From: Planctomycetota bacterium
GTDB lineage: Bacteria > Planctomycetota > UBA8108 > SXIK01
Length of the DNA stretch: 64,000 nucleotides
NCBI GenBank assembly: GCA_965223845.1
Contig: CBDCXR010000004.1
Coordinates: 3,296,001 to 3,360,000, forward strand
Direction of reading: 5' to 3'
A model generated the notes under the pieces. That model was given only the letters and a program-made list of their open reading frames with translations. It made no database searches and was not told where the DNA came from. The position numbers were made by a program, and so were the translations under genes. Positions within the stretch are counted from its first letter, which is position 1, and every line of letters starts with the position of its first letter. Positions 18,527-29,718 of this stretch are shown piece by piece.

Positions 18527-19351
18527 TCAAAACCACCGCTCGATGATCTCCGCGACGGCTCCCGCGTTGTTGTCGCGCTCGGTGACGACGTCCGCCACCG
18601 ACTTCAGCTCGTCGCTCGCATTGGCGACCGCAACGCCGAGTCCCGCTTGCCGTAGCAGGTCGACGTCGTTCAGGGCGTCCCCTGCGGCGACGATCTCGCT
18701 CAGCTCGAGGCCGTAGTGTGCGGCCATGCGTTCGAGCCCGCGCCCCTTATCGACACCCGGCGCCATGATCTCGAGGTACTCGGGCTCGCTCTTCGTGAGG
18801 AACGCGCGCCCGGCGTAAGTCTCGCGAAACCGCGGGAGCAGCCGGTCGATCTCGTCCGGCGGCGCAAGGAGAATCAGCTTTGTCGGTGCAGTCCCAATGA
18901 ACGAACGAAGCGGGGCGACCTCGTAGCCTGCACCCGTCCGGCGGGTATAGAGATCCATGAGCGCGCCGCGGCTCGCGCTCGCTTCGGTGTAGAGACGATC
19001 TTCGTGATAGACGTTGAGTAGGTAGTCGTTCGCTTCGGCGAAGTGAATGAACTCCGCGGCAACGTCGCTCGGGAGTGGATCGTGCGAGATCACGGGACGA
19101 CCGTCCGCAGCGGGACCGAGGATCTTCCCGCCGTTGTACGAAACGATGATCGGATCGAGTCCGAGACGTTCGGCGATCGGCGCGATGCTCGTAGGCATCC
19201 TCCCCGACGCGATCGCGAACAACCCGCCCGCGCCCACGAGACGGTGGAGCGCGCGGCGGTTTGCGTCCGGGATTCGCTTTTCGTCGTCGAGCAAAGTTCC
19301 GTCGACGTCGAGCGCGAGGAGACGGTACTTTCGCAGAGGGGAGTTTTTCAT
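18527..19351 (-). CDS. Cof-type HAD-IIB family hydrolase
   Basis: LALDVDGTLL, IASGR, YLEIMAPGVDKG, AAGDALND. Confidence 0.93.
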   Translation of the reverse strand: MKNSPLRKYRLLALDVDGTLLDDEKRIPDANRRALHRLVGAGGLFAIASGRMPTSIAPIAERLGLDPIIVSYNGGKILGPAADGRPVISHDPLPSDVAAEFIHFAEANDYLLNVYHEDRLYTEASASRGALMDLYTRRTGAGYEVAPLRSFIGTAPTKLILLAPPDEIDRLLPRFRETYAGRAFLTKSEPEYLEIMAPGVDKGRGLERMAAHYGLELSEIVAAGDALNDVDLLRQAGLGVAVANASDELKSVADVVTERDNNAGAVAEIIERWF

Positions 19352-19416
19352 TCCAATCCCGAAGTCGAGTGGTATGATCCGGATCCGAAAAAAACCGCCA
19401 CAACGGGCGGGCGTGC

Positions 19417-19492
19417 GGGCGATTAACTCAGTGGCTAGAGTGCTACCTTCACACGGTAGAAGTCAGAGGTTCGAATCCTCTATCGCCCACCA
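19417..19492 (+). tRNA. tRNA-Val(CAC)
   Basis: Acceptor stem GGGCGAT/ATCGCCC plus ACCA; anticodon arm CTACC-TTCACAC-GGTAG; GGTTCGAATCC T-loop; extended -10 TGGTATGAT at 19370-19378. Confidence 0.96.
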
Positions 19493-19497
19493 GAGCT

Positions 19498-19547
19498 GAG
19501 CCTCGTTTGCCGCTCCGCGAAGTGGTCGAACGAGGCTCTGTTTTTTT
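19498..19547 (+). terminator. Probable intrinsic terminator after tRNA-Val
   Basis: GAGCCTCGTT (19498-19507) pairs with AACGAGGCTC (19529-19538), followed by TGTTTTTTT. Confidence 0.6.
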
Positions 19548-19626
19548 CGGCAGCGTTTTTTTCGGCAGCGTTTTTTCGGCGGCGGTGTCTTCCGCGGTCT
19601 CGTGGGTTCCCGCTACGCGCCCCACG

Positions 19627-20412
19627 TCAACGGTTCGATCGAATCGACGCGGCGAATTCGATCAGTTCGCCTTCGCGAGCCGCCATGGTCTCGCCGTTCC
19701 CCCAAGCCTTGAAGAAGAGCTTCTCGGGCGAGCCGTCGCGCTCGACGATCACGCCGAAGAGCTTCGTCCCCGGCTTCGGAGGCCCGCCTCGCATCATCGG
19801 GCCACCGCCGCTCGAGAACGTACCTTCGAGCTCAACCGTCGTGACCTTGAGTCCATCGTCACCGCTACGCGTGGAAACCTTGGCCGGCTGCCCCTCTTTG
19901 AACTGCCCTTCCCAGCGCCGAACGTTGGCTTCGACGGAACCCTGGGACGCGATGATCGACAGCTCACCGTCCTCACCTCCCTCGCTGGCAGCCGGAAGCC
20001 AAATCGTCGCGATACGCCGCACGAACTGACTCGCGGCGCCCTCTTCGAATCGCCAGCCGTCGGGAAACGTCACCGCGAGGCCGCGAGCCGCGAGCCGCGT
20101 TTCGACCTCCGCCGGTGAGAGCTCGACCGGCGCACTCGTCGCCGCGGCTCCCGTCGCGCCTCCATCTCGCGGGCGGCCGCCCGTCGGCGGATGCCCCGGA
20201 GGCAGTCGCCCTGAATGCGGGGCGGATGGGACCGGGAGCGCCGTCGGCCCGGTGCGCATCGCCGGGTGCGGAGATGGTGGAACGGGTGACGTCGGGTCTC
20301 GGGTCGGCTCGGAGCAACTCGCAGCGATGAGAACCATCCAGCCCCATCGCGCAGCTGCTCCCGATCGCCCGCGCAGGAGTCGTCGTTCGGTGTTCATAGG
20401 TCGTATCCTCAC
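19627..20412 (-). CDS. Hypothetical lipoprotein with Pro-rich linker
   Basis: Lipobox-like LIAASC, LPPGHPP, SVEANVRRWEGQF, FFKAWG. GTGA overlap with the aroB stop (alternative ATG 20397). Confidence 0.7.
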   Translation of the reverse strand: MRIRPMNTERRLLRGRSGAAARWGWMVLIAASCSEPTRDPTSPVPPSPHPAMRTGPTALPVPSAPHSGRLPPGHPPTGGRPRDGGATGAAATSAPVELSPAEVETRLAARGLAVTFPDGWRFEEGAASQFVRRIATIWLPAASEGGEDGELSIIASQGSVEANVRRWEGQFKEGQPAKVSTRSGDDGLKVTTVELEGTFSSGGGPMMRGGPPKPGTKLFGVIVERDGSPEKLFFKAWGNGETMAAREGELIEFAASIRSNR

Positions 20413-21536
20413 TTGGCCCGGGTGCTCCGCCCGTGGTTGCCGCTCGCGCGCAAGAATTCGCGCACGGAACGTTCCACGTCGTCTGCCGGGACATCGTCAA
20501 CTATCTTGTGCGTGCCGATCCGCGGCACGAATACCCACCGGAGTCCACTGGCGCCACGTTTTTTGTCGCGCTGCATCGCGCGGAGCACGCTCGCGGCCCG
20601 GAATCCCTCCGCGGACGTCGGGAGGCCAAAACGAGACACGAGATCGCGAATCCGCGGCGGAGTCTCGTCGGCGGCGTGCCCGATTTCGGCGGCGAACCCG
20701 GATGCGAAGACCATGCCGATCGCGACCGCCTCGCCGTGGAGGTGCCGACGGTAGCGTCCCGCAGCCTCGAGCCCATGTCCGAACGTGTGGCCGAAATTGA
20801 GGATCATACGAAGGCGCGCTTCCTTCTCGTCAGCGGCCACCACCGCGGCTTTGATCCGCACGCAGCTCGCTACCGCCCGCGCTAGCTCGTCCGCGTCGCG
20901 TGCGAGGAGCTGAGTCGCCTCGCGCTCGAGACGACGATAGAACTTGGCGTCCCAAATCGCCGCCGTCTTGATGACCTCGGCGCAGCCCGCACGAAACTCG
21001 CGCGCGGGGAGAGACCGGAGGAACTCTAGGTCCATCACGACCGCCCGCGGTTGATGGAACGCCCCGACGAGGTTCTTTCCCTCCGGGAGATTGATTCCGG
21101 TTTTTCCGCCGACGCTGGCGTCGACCATCGCGAGCAGTGTCGTCGGCACCTGCACGAGCTCGATTCCGCGGAGCGCGCTCGCCGCCGCAAATCCCGCCAG
21201 ATCTCCGACCACTCCACCGCCAAAGGCGACGACGACGCTCGAGCGATCGCATCCCGATCGAAGGAGGTCGCGCCACACGCGCGAGATCTCGCGCGGAGAC
21301 TTCGACCCTTCCCCCGCCGGGACGACCGTCGTCGAGTACGGGATATCGAGCGCGTCGAGCTCACGCCGAAGCTTGGCTCCATGACGCCGCTCGACCGTCG
21401 CGTCGCTCACGACGTGAATGCGACTCGGCCGCGAGGGCCGCGTGAGGACTCGACCGAGCGCCGACCGCGCCCCTTCCCCGATCACGACGGGATACTCGGC
21501 GCCGGGAACCGACACCGTCACCTTGCGGAACGGCAC
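20409..21536 (-). CDS. aroB: 3-dehydroquinate synthase
   Basis: GEGSK, FGGGVVGDLAGF, VPTTLLAMVDASVGGKTGIN, GKNLVGAFHQP, LNFGHTFGH, HGEAVAIG, DKK. Confidence 0.96.
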   Translation of the reverse strand: MPFRKVTVSVPGAEYPVVIGEGARSALGRVLTRPSRPSRIHVVSDATVERRHGAKLRRELDALDIPYSTTVVPAGEGSKSPREISRVWRDLLRSGCDRSSVVVAFGGGVVGDLAGFAAASALRGIELVQVPTTLLAMVDASVGGKTGINLPEGKNLVGAFHQPRAVVMDLEFLRSLPAREFRAGCAEVIKTAAIWDAKFYRRLEREATQLLARDADELARAVASCVRIKAAVVAADEKEARLRMILNFGHTFGHGLEAAGRYRRHLHGEAVAIGMVFASGFAAEIGHAADETPPRIRDLVSRFGLPTSAEGFRAASVLRAMQRDKKRGASGLRWVFVPRIGTHKIVDDVPADDVERSVREFLRASGNHGRSTRAK

Positions 21537-21537
21537 G

Positions 21538-22569
21538 TCAGCTCTCCTCGGATCCGAGAGCAGGCGGCGCCCCGCCGTTCGCGGCCTCGTCGCGGGCGGA
21601 ACCGATGCGCGTTTCGGAGCCCACTTCGCTCCCGCGGCGCTCGAGCCGCTTCGCGCGCCCCGCCCGATCGCGCTTCGCCCCCGCGCCCCCCCCGCGCCGA
21701 TTCACGCCGAATACGATCAGGAACGCGATCGCGCCGAGCGCCAGAACGATCGGAATGTAAACCGACGGATCAGGCGTTGCTACTTTCGGCGTAACGAGAG
21801 AAGAGTAGTCCGTTCCGACAAGCACGGGGATCGTCGCCTTGCGCAGCTCACCGCGGTGAACGACGTCACCCGTGTAGAGCTGGAGGAAGAACCCTCGGAG
21901 GCGCACGCGATCGCGGTCGCGCAGCTCCTTCGCTTTGTCGAAGGTGAACACGAGGTAGTACCGATCGTCGGTGCCGATCGCGTACGACCGATAGCAGCGA
22001 TCGAGTCCACTCGGATTCGGCGCTTCGAGGCCGTGGAGCCTGAGCGGAAAAGAGTTCGGCTCAGTCGCGACGACGTAGCCTTTGATTTCGATCAGTTGTC
22101 CGCGATACCGAGATGGATCGGCGAGCAGCTGACGCCACACATCGTCGTCCTTTCGGTCGAGCGTCAGCACCGGCTCGGAGCGGATCGCCTCGGGATCCCA
22201 TCGCATCCGCTGGATGAGGTGCACGATCCCCCCGTCGTGTGGAACGCCGGTTCGGTCGTACGACGCCGCCTCGGCGAGCACGAGCGGGTCTTCGGCCCAA
22301 GGTTCCGGCGGCGTGGGCTCGGGAGGAGCGACGTCGTCGACGATCGGATTCTCGATGCGAATCGCGACAGGGCTTCCATCCGGTCCGGAGTCCTCACTCG
22401 GCGCGGGTTCGGGCGAGCTCGGCTCCGCTTCGCTGCCCCAGCGAAAACCGCGCATCACGAGCACCATCATGCCGATCGCCAGAAGAAGCCCGAGCGGGAG
22501 CAGCTGCCGCCGAAACTGCTGGGGCCCGATCTTTTGCGGATTCGTGAACTTGCGCTCGCCGAAATGCAT
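21538..22569 (-). CDS. Hypothetical membrane protein (N- and C-terminal TM helices)
   Basis: Coding-like frame in an operon between lpxB and aroB; two hydrophobic segments; LLADPSRYRGQLIEIKG. Confidence 0.7.
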   Translation of the reverse strand: MHFGERKFTNPQKIGPQQFRRQLLPLGLLLAIGMMVLVMRGFRWGSEAEPSSPEPAPSEDSGPDGSPVAIRIENPIVDDVAPPEPTPPEPWAEDPLVLAEAASYDRTGVPHDGGIVHLIQRMRWDPEAIRSEPVLTLDRKDDDVWRQLLADPSRYRGQLIEIKGYVVATEPNSFPLRLHGLEAPNPSGLDRCYRSYAIGTDDRYYLVFTFDKAKELRDRDRVRLRGFFLQLYTGDVVHRGELRKATIPVLVGTDYSSLVTPKVATPDPSVYIPIVLALGAIAFLIVFGVNRRGGGAGAKRDRAGRAKRLERRGSEVGSETRIGSARDEAANGGAPPALGSEES

Positions 22570-22645
22570 CGTTGCTCACATGGTCCGAAGGCGTCCGTCC
22601 AATGCCACTCGACGATGGGAGCATACCAGCTCGCGGACGCGGAAG

Positions 22646-23869
22646 TCACTCTTCGGCGGATTCCCCGCTACGGTTCGCCGTCGCGCGACGACTCGGAGAC
22701 TCGTCGCCCCCCGCGCCCAAAAACTCGAGCACCGCCCGCGCCGCGCGATCAGCGGCGCCCGGCGCGAGCACGCGCTCACGGATCGCGCGCAGTCGGGCGC
22801 GCTGCGTCGCCTGCGCCTCCCCGTCTTCGAGCAGCGCCCGAACGATGGCCGCGACCTCGTCCGCTTCGTCGCCGCGACAGAGCTGTTCGTGGACGACAGG
22901 TGCGCCATCGGTGTCGGCCGCCCCGAGCAGATTCGGGAGGGAGAAGTACGGCACCACGAGGTAGCGACGCGACAGCGCGCGAAGAAGAGGCGAAACGTGG
23001 TAGAGCACGACCATCGGCGTCTCGAAGAACGCGACCTCGAGCGACGCCGTCCCGGATGCCACGATGACGAAATCGCTCGCCTGGACGATGCGGCGCGCGT
23101 CGACGTGCGAAATCTCGACCGGAACGGAAGCAGAATCGAACGCGGACTCGAGAACGTCGCGGAAGGACTCGCGAAAGCACGAGACCACCACGCGGTCGCG
23201 CTCGGGATCGAGCCCGAGGCGATCGATGACGCCGCGGTAGAGCGGCGCGAGCGACGCGACTTCCTGCGTCCGGCTCCCGGGGAGAAGGCCGATCACGCGA
23301 GCCCCGCTGTCGATATCGAGCTCGCTGCGGAGCGTCTCGCCGCCGTGCGGGTCGACTTCAGCGAGGGTTTCGCCGAGCGGATGCCCCACCGGAACAACCG
23401 GCACCCGGTCGTTCGCGAACACTTCCGTTTCGAAGGGAAGGATGGGGAGAAGGAGATCGGCGTAGCGGAGCACTTTCCCGCGTCGCCACGGCGCCCACGC
23501 CCAGATCTGCGGACAGATGTAGTCGATTACCCGCACGCCGCGCCAACGCGCGATGCGGGCGAAGAGAAAGTGGAGCCCGGGCGAGTCGACGAAGATCACG
23601 GCGTCCGGCCGCTCGCGCCGGAGGATGCGATCGAACGCTCTCACCGAACCGACGATGTCGCCCAGATGGCCGAGGAAACCGGTGCCCATGCTCGCCATGC
23701 CGACCGTATCCCGAACGACCCGCACGCCGGCGCCGCGGAGCAGCTCGCCGCCGAAACCGAACACGTCGAGAGCGCGGGATCGCTCACGCAGAGCTCCGAC
23801 GAGACGGGCAGCGTGCGCGTCCCCCGAGCGCTCGGCGGCAGAGATGAAAATCCGGAGAGTGTCGCGCAT
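22646..23869 (-). CDS. lpxB: Lipid-A-disaccharide synthase
   Basis: ISAAERSGD, FVDSPGLH, YICPQIWAWAPWR, ILPFE, VGHPL, LLPGSR, ASGTASLE, SLPNLL. Confidence 0.93.
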   Translation of the reverse strand: MRDTLRIFISAAERSGDAHAARLVGALRERSRALDVFGFGGELLRGAGVRVVRDTVGMASMGTGFLGHLGDIVGSVRAFDRILRRERPDAVIFVDSPGLHFLFARIARWRGVRVIDYICPQIWAWAPWRRGKVLRYADLLLPILPFETEVFANDRVPVVPVGHPLGETLAEVDPHGGETLRSELDIDSGARVIGLLPGSRTQEVASLAPLYRGVIDRLGLDPERDRVVVSCFRESFRDVLESAFDSASVPVEISHVDARRIVQASDFVIVASGTASLEVAFFETPMVVLYHVSPLLRALSRRYLVVPYFSLPNLLGAADTDGAPVVHEQLCRGDEADEVAAIVRALLEDGEAQATQRARLRAIRERVLAPGAADRAARAVLEFLGAGGDESPSRRATANRSGESAEE

Positions 23870-24276
23870 CGATTCCTGGCGGTCGCCGCTCGCGCTCCCA
23901 CGGAGACCCGTTCCCGGCGAGGAACCGAGCGAGCCCCGCCATCTTCCTTCGCGAGCGAGCCGGGATTATAGTTCGTGCCTGACGCCGCTCCGTCGAAAAA
24001 GTCCACCGCGCACGGACGTGGCCCGATTCCGCCGATGCGGCCCCTCGGATGCTCAGTTCTCAACGAGCGAAGGGCAGCAGAATCTGGCGAGAGACCCGGG
24101 CTGAGAGCCTGCGCGGGAATGCTTCGACGACGGAAGACGAGGCGTCTCGGTCGGCATCGCGAAGCGAAGCGCCGGCGATTCGGGAGGAATCGTCGAGGAT
24201 TCGCGGCGAAGGGGTCGTCCGAGAAGACCGTTTCCTGGTCGCATTCAAGTTTTCGCGCCGGCTCCTAGAGCGCTCC

Positions 24277-25590
24277 ATGGATCCTCTGCGATCGTTCGCC
24301 GAGTTCGAACGTTTTCTCGGCGAGTTCACGAACTACGAACGTTCGGTCCAGCTCCGCTACGACAAGGAGACGCTCGGGCTGTCGCGCATCCGAGCCCTCA
24401 CCGACGCGCTCGGACGACCGCAGGACGCATTCCCGAGCGTGCACGTCGCCGGGACGAAGGGAAAGGGGTGCACGACCCTCATCCTCGAAGCGCTGCTCGA
24501 GGCGGCGGGGAAGGCAACCGGCGCGTACACGTCCCCCCACGTGGAGCACATCTGCGAGCGCATTCGCGTGCGGGGTGCGAACCTATCCCCCGAGGCACTG
24601 GTCGAACACACGAACGAGATGCTGCCGGCGCTCGAGCAACTCGCCGCGAACGACCAGCCCGGATTCCCGAGTTTCTTCGAGCTGATGACCGCGCTCGCGA
24701 TGCTCGTCTTCCGATCGACCGGAGTCGACTGGGGCCTCGTCGAGGTCGGACTCGGCGGACGCCTCGACGCGACGAACATCCTCGCCCCGCGGTTCGCGAT
24801 CATCACGTCGATCGATCTCGAGCACACCGCGCAGCTCGGGTCGACCCTCGGGGAGATCGCGCGCGAGAAAGCGGGAATCGTGAAGCCTGGTGTGCCCGTC
24901 TTCGTCGGTCCACTTCCGCGCGAAGCCGAGGTGGTGGTTCGAGCGATCGCGCGGGAGCGCGGGGCGGAGTTCGTCGCCGTCGATCCGAGTGAACTCGGCG
25001 CGGAGGGATCCACGCTCACGCTCGATCGCCTCGGCGGATTCAAGGTGGACGCTCCCGCGATCCGTGGGCCAGCGCTCCGGACGGACGTCGCGATCGCACT
25101 TCGAGTATTCGAAGCGATCGCTCACGAAACGGGCGAATCGATCTCCCCGCAAGTCGTCGCGAACGCATTCGCGGGCCTCGACCTTCCGGCTCGCGTCGAG
25201 CTCTTTCCGGGCTCACCCCCCGTGGTACTCGACAGCGCGCACACACCGGGATCGATGATGGCGCTCGAGCGCACGCTCGAGGAGCTCGGGATCGCGCGTC
25301 CCCGCACGGCGGTGTTTTCACTCGCGCAGGGAAAGAACCGAGCGCCGGTGTTCGACGTTCTGGCGCGGATCGCCGATCGGGTGATCTTTACGACAGCCGA
25401 CGCGGTGCGCTCAGTTCCGCCGGAGACCCTGCGGGCAGAGTTCGGCGCGGGCGAGGTCGTCGAATCGCCCGACGCAGCGCTCGACGCGGCGCTCGCAGCA
25501 GGCCGGCCGGTCGTGGTGACCGGCTCGTTCTACTTGTCGGGGCGGATTCGGGGACTCGTGCGCCGAGCGGGATCGAAGACGAAGGGATAG
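24277..25590 (+). CDS. folC: Folylpolyglutamate synthase/dihydrofolate synthase
   Basis: VHVAGTKGKG, YTSPHV, SFFELMT, EVGLGGRLDATN, IAREKAGI, LDSAH, VTGSFYL. ATG 24277 chosen as start. Confidence 0.92.
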   Translation: MDPLRSFAEFERFLGEFTNYERSVQLRYDKETLGLSRIRALTDALGRPQDAFPSVHVAGTKGKGCTTLILEALLEAAGKATGAYTSPHVEHICERIRVRGANLSPEALVEHTNEMLPALEQLAANDQPGFPSFFELMTALAMLVFRSTGVDWGLVEVGLGGRLDATNILAPRFAIITSIDLEHTAQLGSTLGEIAREKAGIVKPGVPVFVGPLPREAEVVVRAIARERGAEFVAVDPSELGAEGSTLTLDRLGGFKVDAPAIRGPALRTDVAIALRVFEAIAHETGESISPQVVANAFAGLDLPARVELFPGSPPVVLDSAHTPGSMMALERTLEELGIARPRTAVFSLAQGKNRAPVFDVLARIADRVIFTTADAVRSVPPETLRAEFGAGEVVESPDAALDAALAAGRPVVVTGSFYLSGRIRGLVRRAGSKTKG

Positions 25591-25634
25591 CGCAATGCGG
25601 CTCGGGAGGAATCGGGAAAGAGTCTAGCCCGGAC

Positions 25635-28151
25635 TTATTCTTCCCCTTCCGCCGCTACCGCCGCTTCAGCATCCACCGTTTCGTCTTCCTCCGGCTCCTC
25701 GATCTTCTGCGCATCGAAGATGAGTCGATCTTCCGCAGCGTCGATCCGCATGATCGCCTTTCCGGTCAATCCGCCGCGGAGCAACTCTTCGGCGAGCGGA
25801 TCCTCGAGTTGCTGCTCGATCGCTCGGCGAAGCGGCCGCGCGCCGTATTCCGGGTTGTAGCCCTTCTCGATGAGGAAGTCGCGAGCGGCGTCGGCAAGCT
25901 GGAGCTCGAGGCCCTGGGCACGCATCCGATCGGCGACGTGGCTGAGCTCGATGTCGATGATCTCGCGCAGGTCGTCGCGATCGAGACTCTGAAACACGAT
26001 GATCTCGTCGAGCCGGTTGAGGAACTCGGGACGGAAGTTCTTTTCGACTTCCTCGAGGAGCTCCTTCTTCATCTCTTCGTAGGTGCGGTCGGCCGACGTC
26101 TTCTTGAAGCCGAGGCTCGCCTGATTCTTGATCACGCTCGCGCCGATGTTCGACGTCATGATCAGAATCGTATTCCGAAAGTCGATGTGCCGTCCGAAGC
26201 TGTCGGTGAGCTGACCCTCCTCCATGATCTGGAGGAGCATATTGAAGACGTCGTGGTGCGCCTTCTCGATCTCATCGAAGAGGATGACGGCGTAGGGTCG
26301 CCGCCGGACCTTCTCGGTGAGTTGTCCGCCCTCCTCGAAGCCGACGTATCCGGGAGGAGCTCCGACGAGGCGGGACACGTTGTGCTTCTCCATGTACTCG
26401 GACATGTCGATTTGGATCAACGCCTCGTCCTCGCCGAACATGAACTTGGCGAGAGCCTTCGCGAGAAGCGTCTTTCCGACACCGGTCGGGCCGAGGAAGA
26501 TGAACGAGCCGACCGGGCGGCGCGGATCCTTGAGTCCGGAACGTGAACGCCGCACGGCGCGCGAGATCGCTTCGATCGCCGGCCTCTGCGCGACGACGCT
26601 TTTCCCGATCTCGCCTTCCATCGCGAGGAGGCGCTCCGATTCGGCGCGCTCGAGGCGCGTGAGCGGGATGCCGGTCATCTTCGAGAGCGTCTCCGCGACC
26701 ATCTCCTCGTCGACGACTCCGCCGCTCTCCGAGGACTGATCACGCCACTCCCGCTTGATCTGCTCTTTCTTCTTCTTGACCTTGTCCGCCTGGTCACGAA
26801 GATTCGCCGCGCGCTCGAAATCCTGAAGCGCAACCGCGGCTTCCTTCTCCTTGTTGAGTTCCTCGATCTCGCGCTCGAGGTCCTTGAGGTCGGGCGGACG
26901 AGTCATCGTGCGCATGCGAACGCGCGATCCAGCTTCGTCGATGACATCGATGGCCTTGTCGGGGAGGAAGCGACCGGAGACGTAGCGCGTCGACAGCTCG
27001 ACGGCGGCCTCGAGCGCGTCGTCGGTGATCTGGACGCGGTGATGCGCCTCGTACTTGTCGCGCAGCCCCTTCAGAATCTCGACCGCCTCCGACTTCGAAG
27101 GCGGATTGACCATGATCACCTGGAAGCGGCGCTCGAGCGCACCGTCCTTCTCGATGAACTTGCGGTACTCATCGAGCGTCGTCGCGCCGATGCACTGCAC
27201 TTCGCCCCGCGAGAGCGCCGGCTTGAGAACGTTCGAGGCGTCGATCGCCCCTTCTGCGCCACCGGCCCCGACGAGCGTGTGAAGCTCGTCGATAAAGAGA
27301 ATGACGTTCTTCACGCGGCGAACTTCCGTCATCACCGCCTTGATTCGTTCCTCGAACTGGCCGCGATACTTCGTTCCCGCGACCATCATCGCGAGATCGA
27401 GAACGACGAGCCGCCGGTCGCGAAGGATCTCCGGGACATTGCCGTTCACGATGTCCTGCGCGAGGCCTTCGACGATCGCAGTCTTCCCGACTCCCGGCTC
27501 GCCGAGGAGAACGGGGTTGTTCTTCGTACGGCGACTGAGAATCTGGATCACGCGCTCGATCTCGTCGTGCCGGCCGATGACCGGATCGAGCTTGCTTTCA
27601 CGGGCGAGCTCGGTGAGGTCGCGACCGAATGCGTCGAGCGCGGGTGTCTTCGATCGGCTCTTCGGCTGCGACGACGACGAAACCGATGCGTCCGACTGCA
27701 TCGAAGACTCGGCACCGAGAAGATCGAGCACCGCTTCACGGACGTCCTCGAGCTTCAAGTTGAGGTCGAGCAGAACCTGCGCCGCGACGCCGTCGTTCTC
27801 GCGGATGAGCCCGAGGAGAAGGTGCTCCGTCCCGATGTAGTTGTGGCCGAGCTCGTGGGCCTCTTCCATCGAGAGCTCGAGAACCTTCTTCGCGCGCGGA
27901 GTGAACGGGAGCTGTCCCATCGTGACCATCGACGGCCCCGATTGGACGTTCTTCTCGATCTCGCGACGGATTTTCTCCGTCTCGACGCCCAGATTCTTGA
28001 GAACGTTCGCCGCGACACCACTCCCCTCTTGAATCAGGCCGAGCAGGACGTGCTCGGTCCCGATGAAATCGTGGTTGAACCGCTGCGCCTCCTTGCGCGC
28101 GAGTGCCATGACTCGGCGGGCGCGGTCCGTGAAGCGGTCGAACATCGACAT
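25635..28151 (-). CDS. clpC: ATP-dependent Clp protease ATP-binding subunit ClpC
   Basis: [12 protein letters not shown], two Clp-N repeats, GEPGVGKT and GPTGVGKT Walker A motifs, UVR coiled coil, GARPLRR. Confidence 0.96.
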   Translation of the reverse strand: MSMFDRFTDRARRVMALARKEAQRFNHDFIGTEHVLLGLIQEGSGVAANVLKNLGVETEKIRREIEKNVQSGPSMVTMGQLPFTPRAKKVLELSMEEAHELGHNYIGTEHLLLGLIRENDGVAAQVLLDLNLKLEDVREAVLDLLGAESSMQSDASVSSSSQPKSRSKTPALDAFGRDLTELARESKLDPVIGRHDEIERVIQILSRRTKNNPVLLGEPGVGKTAIVEGLAQDIVNGNVPEILRDRRLVVLDLAMMVAGTKYRGQFEERIKAVMTEVRRVKNVILFIDELHTLVGAGGAEGAIDASNVLKPALSRGEVQCIGATTLDEYRKFIEKDGALERRFQVIMVNPPSKSEAVEILKGLRDKYEAHHRVQITDDALEAAVELSTRYVSGRFLPDKAIDVIDEAGSRVRMRTMTRPPDLKDLEREIEELNKEKEAAVALQDFERAANLRDQADKVKKKKEQIKREWRDQSSESGGVVDEEMVAETLSKMTGIPLTRLERAESERLLAMEGEIGKSVVAQRPAIEAISRAVRRSRSGLKDPRRPVGSFIFLGPTGVGKTLLAKALAKFMFGEDEALIQIDMSEYMEKHNVSRLVGAPPGYVGFEEGGQLTEKVRRRPYAVILFDEIEKAHHDVFNMLLQIMEEGQLTDSFGRHIDFRNTILIMTSNIGASVIKNQASLGFKKTSADRTYEEMKKELLEEVEKNFRPEFLNRLDEIIVFQSLDRDDLREIIDIELSHVADRMRAQGLELQLADAARDFLIEKGYNPEYGARPLRRAIEQQLEDPLAEELLRGGLTGKAIMRIDAAEDRLIFDAQKIEEPEEDETVDAEAAVAAEGEE

Positions 28152-28598
28152 CGTTCGTTCCTTCCGTTCCCAGAAGACTCGGTCAGAAGCTCTCGCTCCG
28201 GCCTCGTCGGAGTGATCGATTCAGTGATTCGTCGCGGTGGATGCGTCACGGCGCGAAGGCCTCGCCGTGGAGCGCGCCGGCTCGGGGAATCCAGCCGCTG
28301 GAGTATTCTATCTGCCTTTGGCGCCGATGCCGGCCGCTCGCCGAGAGGGAAGTTCCAGACAAGGGTCGGCAAGGACGCCGAGGAGCACGTCCTACCTCGT
28401 ACTTTTCGGTAGTTCCCGCCGGATTCCTTAGTCCGGAGTCGGACGCGTTCGCCGCCAATTCTGAGACGGTTCCGACTCTTTGCAAGTGAATTCAGCGTGG
28501 GTGCTTAACTCGCGTCTTCGACACCCGCGCGCAGCCGGAATCTCGGCTCTCGCCTCCGGCGGCAGGTTCTGCCCGGGGTCGGCGGAGGCGACGCGGGG

Positions 28599-29714
28599 TC
28601 AGGCCGAGTTTTCCTCGTGGTTCCGGTCCGAGCTCGAGTCCGGATCGGAACCGTTCGTCCCGTTCCGGCCGTCGAGGCGGTTGCGGATGAACGTCGCGCG
28701 CATGATGTCGCGCTCCGGCCCGTTCAGCTCGGATCGCTCGAGCTTCTGGAGGTGAGCGGGCTGCGTGAGGATGAAGAGCTCGTTCACCGTCGAAATCGGA
28801 ACGTCGTCGATGATTTCGAGATTGACGCCCATGCGCACCGCGGAGAGGAGGTCCATCGTCTCCTCGGAGTTGATCGTTCGCGCCTTTTGGAGCGTCCCGT
28901 AGGCGCGCCACACCTTGTCTTCGATCACCTCGCGATTCTGCTCGACGAGCTGGGTGCGGACCTGCTTCTCGAACTCGATGATCTTCGGAATCACGAGCTC
29001 GATGTTCTCGATGAGCTCGAGCTCGCTCTTCCCGAGCGTCTGCTGGTTCGAAATCTGATAGAAGTCCCCCGACGCCTGCGTCCCCTCACCGTAGAGGCCC
29101 CGGACAGCGAGATTGATCTTCGAGACCGCCTGAAAGACTTTCTCGATCTGGCGCGTCATGACGAGCGCGGGAAGGTGAAGCATCACCGAGGCGCGCATCC
29201 CGGTGCCGACGTTCGTCGGGCACACCGAGAGGTAGCCGAACTGAGGATGGAACGCGTAGTCGAGATTCTTCTCGAGCACGGTGTCCGCCTCGTCGACCTC
29301 CTCCCAGGTCGCGCGGAGCTGGAATCCGGAGCGCAGCCCCTGAATGCGGAGGTGATCCTCCTCATTCACCATGATGCTGATCGTCTGCCCGCCACCGAGC
29401 CCGACGCCGCGGGGCCCCTTGCCGAAGGCGTGCTCTCGACTGATCAGGTGTCGTTCGACGAGAAACAGTCGGTCGACCGGCGACAGCGGCGGAAGACTGA
29501 CGTACTTGAGTTCGGTGTTCGAGCCCGAGTCGAGGATGCACTGGCGGATGCGGCGCTCGATCTCGCCGCGCTCCTTGGGCGTCGCGCGCGAGAGGAATGG
29601 ATAGTCCGCGAGGTTTCGCGCGAGCCGGATGCGCGAGCTGATCACGATCTCCGACTCCGGCCCGGTTCCACCGAGCCAATCGCCGACATCGATCGGAATC
29701 TCGTTCAGATCCAT
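28599..29714 (-). CDS. mcsB: Protein arginine kinase McsB
   Basis: SSRIRLARNL, LVERHLIS, NEEDHLRIQ, CPTNVGTGMRASVMLHLP, VRGLYGEG, YQISNQ. Start ATG 29714. Confidence 0.95.
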   Translation of the reverse strand: MDLNEIPIDVGDWLGGTGPESEIVISSRIRLARNLADYPFLSRATPKERGEIERRIRQCILDSGSNTELKYVSLPPLSPVDRLFLVERHLISREHAFGKGPRGVGLGGGQTISIMVNEEDHLRIQGLRSGFQLRATWEEVDEADTVLEKNLDYAFHPQFGYLSVCPTNVGTGMRASVMLHLPALVMTRQIEKVFQAVSKINLAVRGLYGEGTQASGDFYQISNQQTLGKSELELIENIELVIPKIIEFEKQVRTQLVEQNREVIEDKVWRAYGTLQKARTINSEETMDLLSAVRMGVNLEIIDDVPISTVNELFILTQPAHLQKLERSELNGPERDIMRATFIRNRLDGRNGTNGSDPDSSSDRNHEENSA

Positions 29715-29718
29715 CGCG

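Noticed and set aside
28495-28510. CIRCE (HrcA) operator upstream of clpC
   Set aside because: Only a half-site-like TTAAGCAC on the minus strand; the full TTAGCACTC-N9-GAGTGCTAA inverted repeat is absent.
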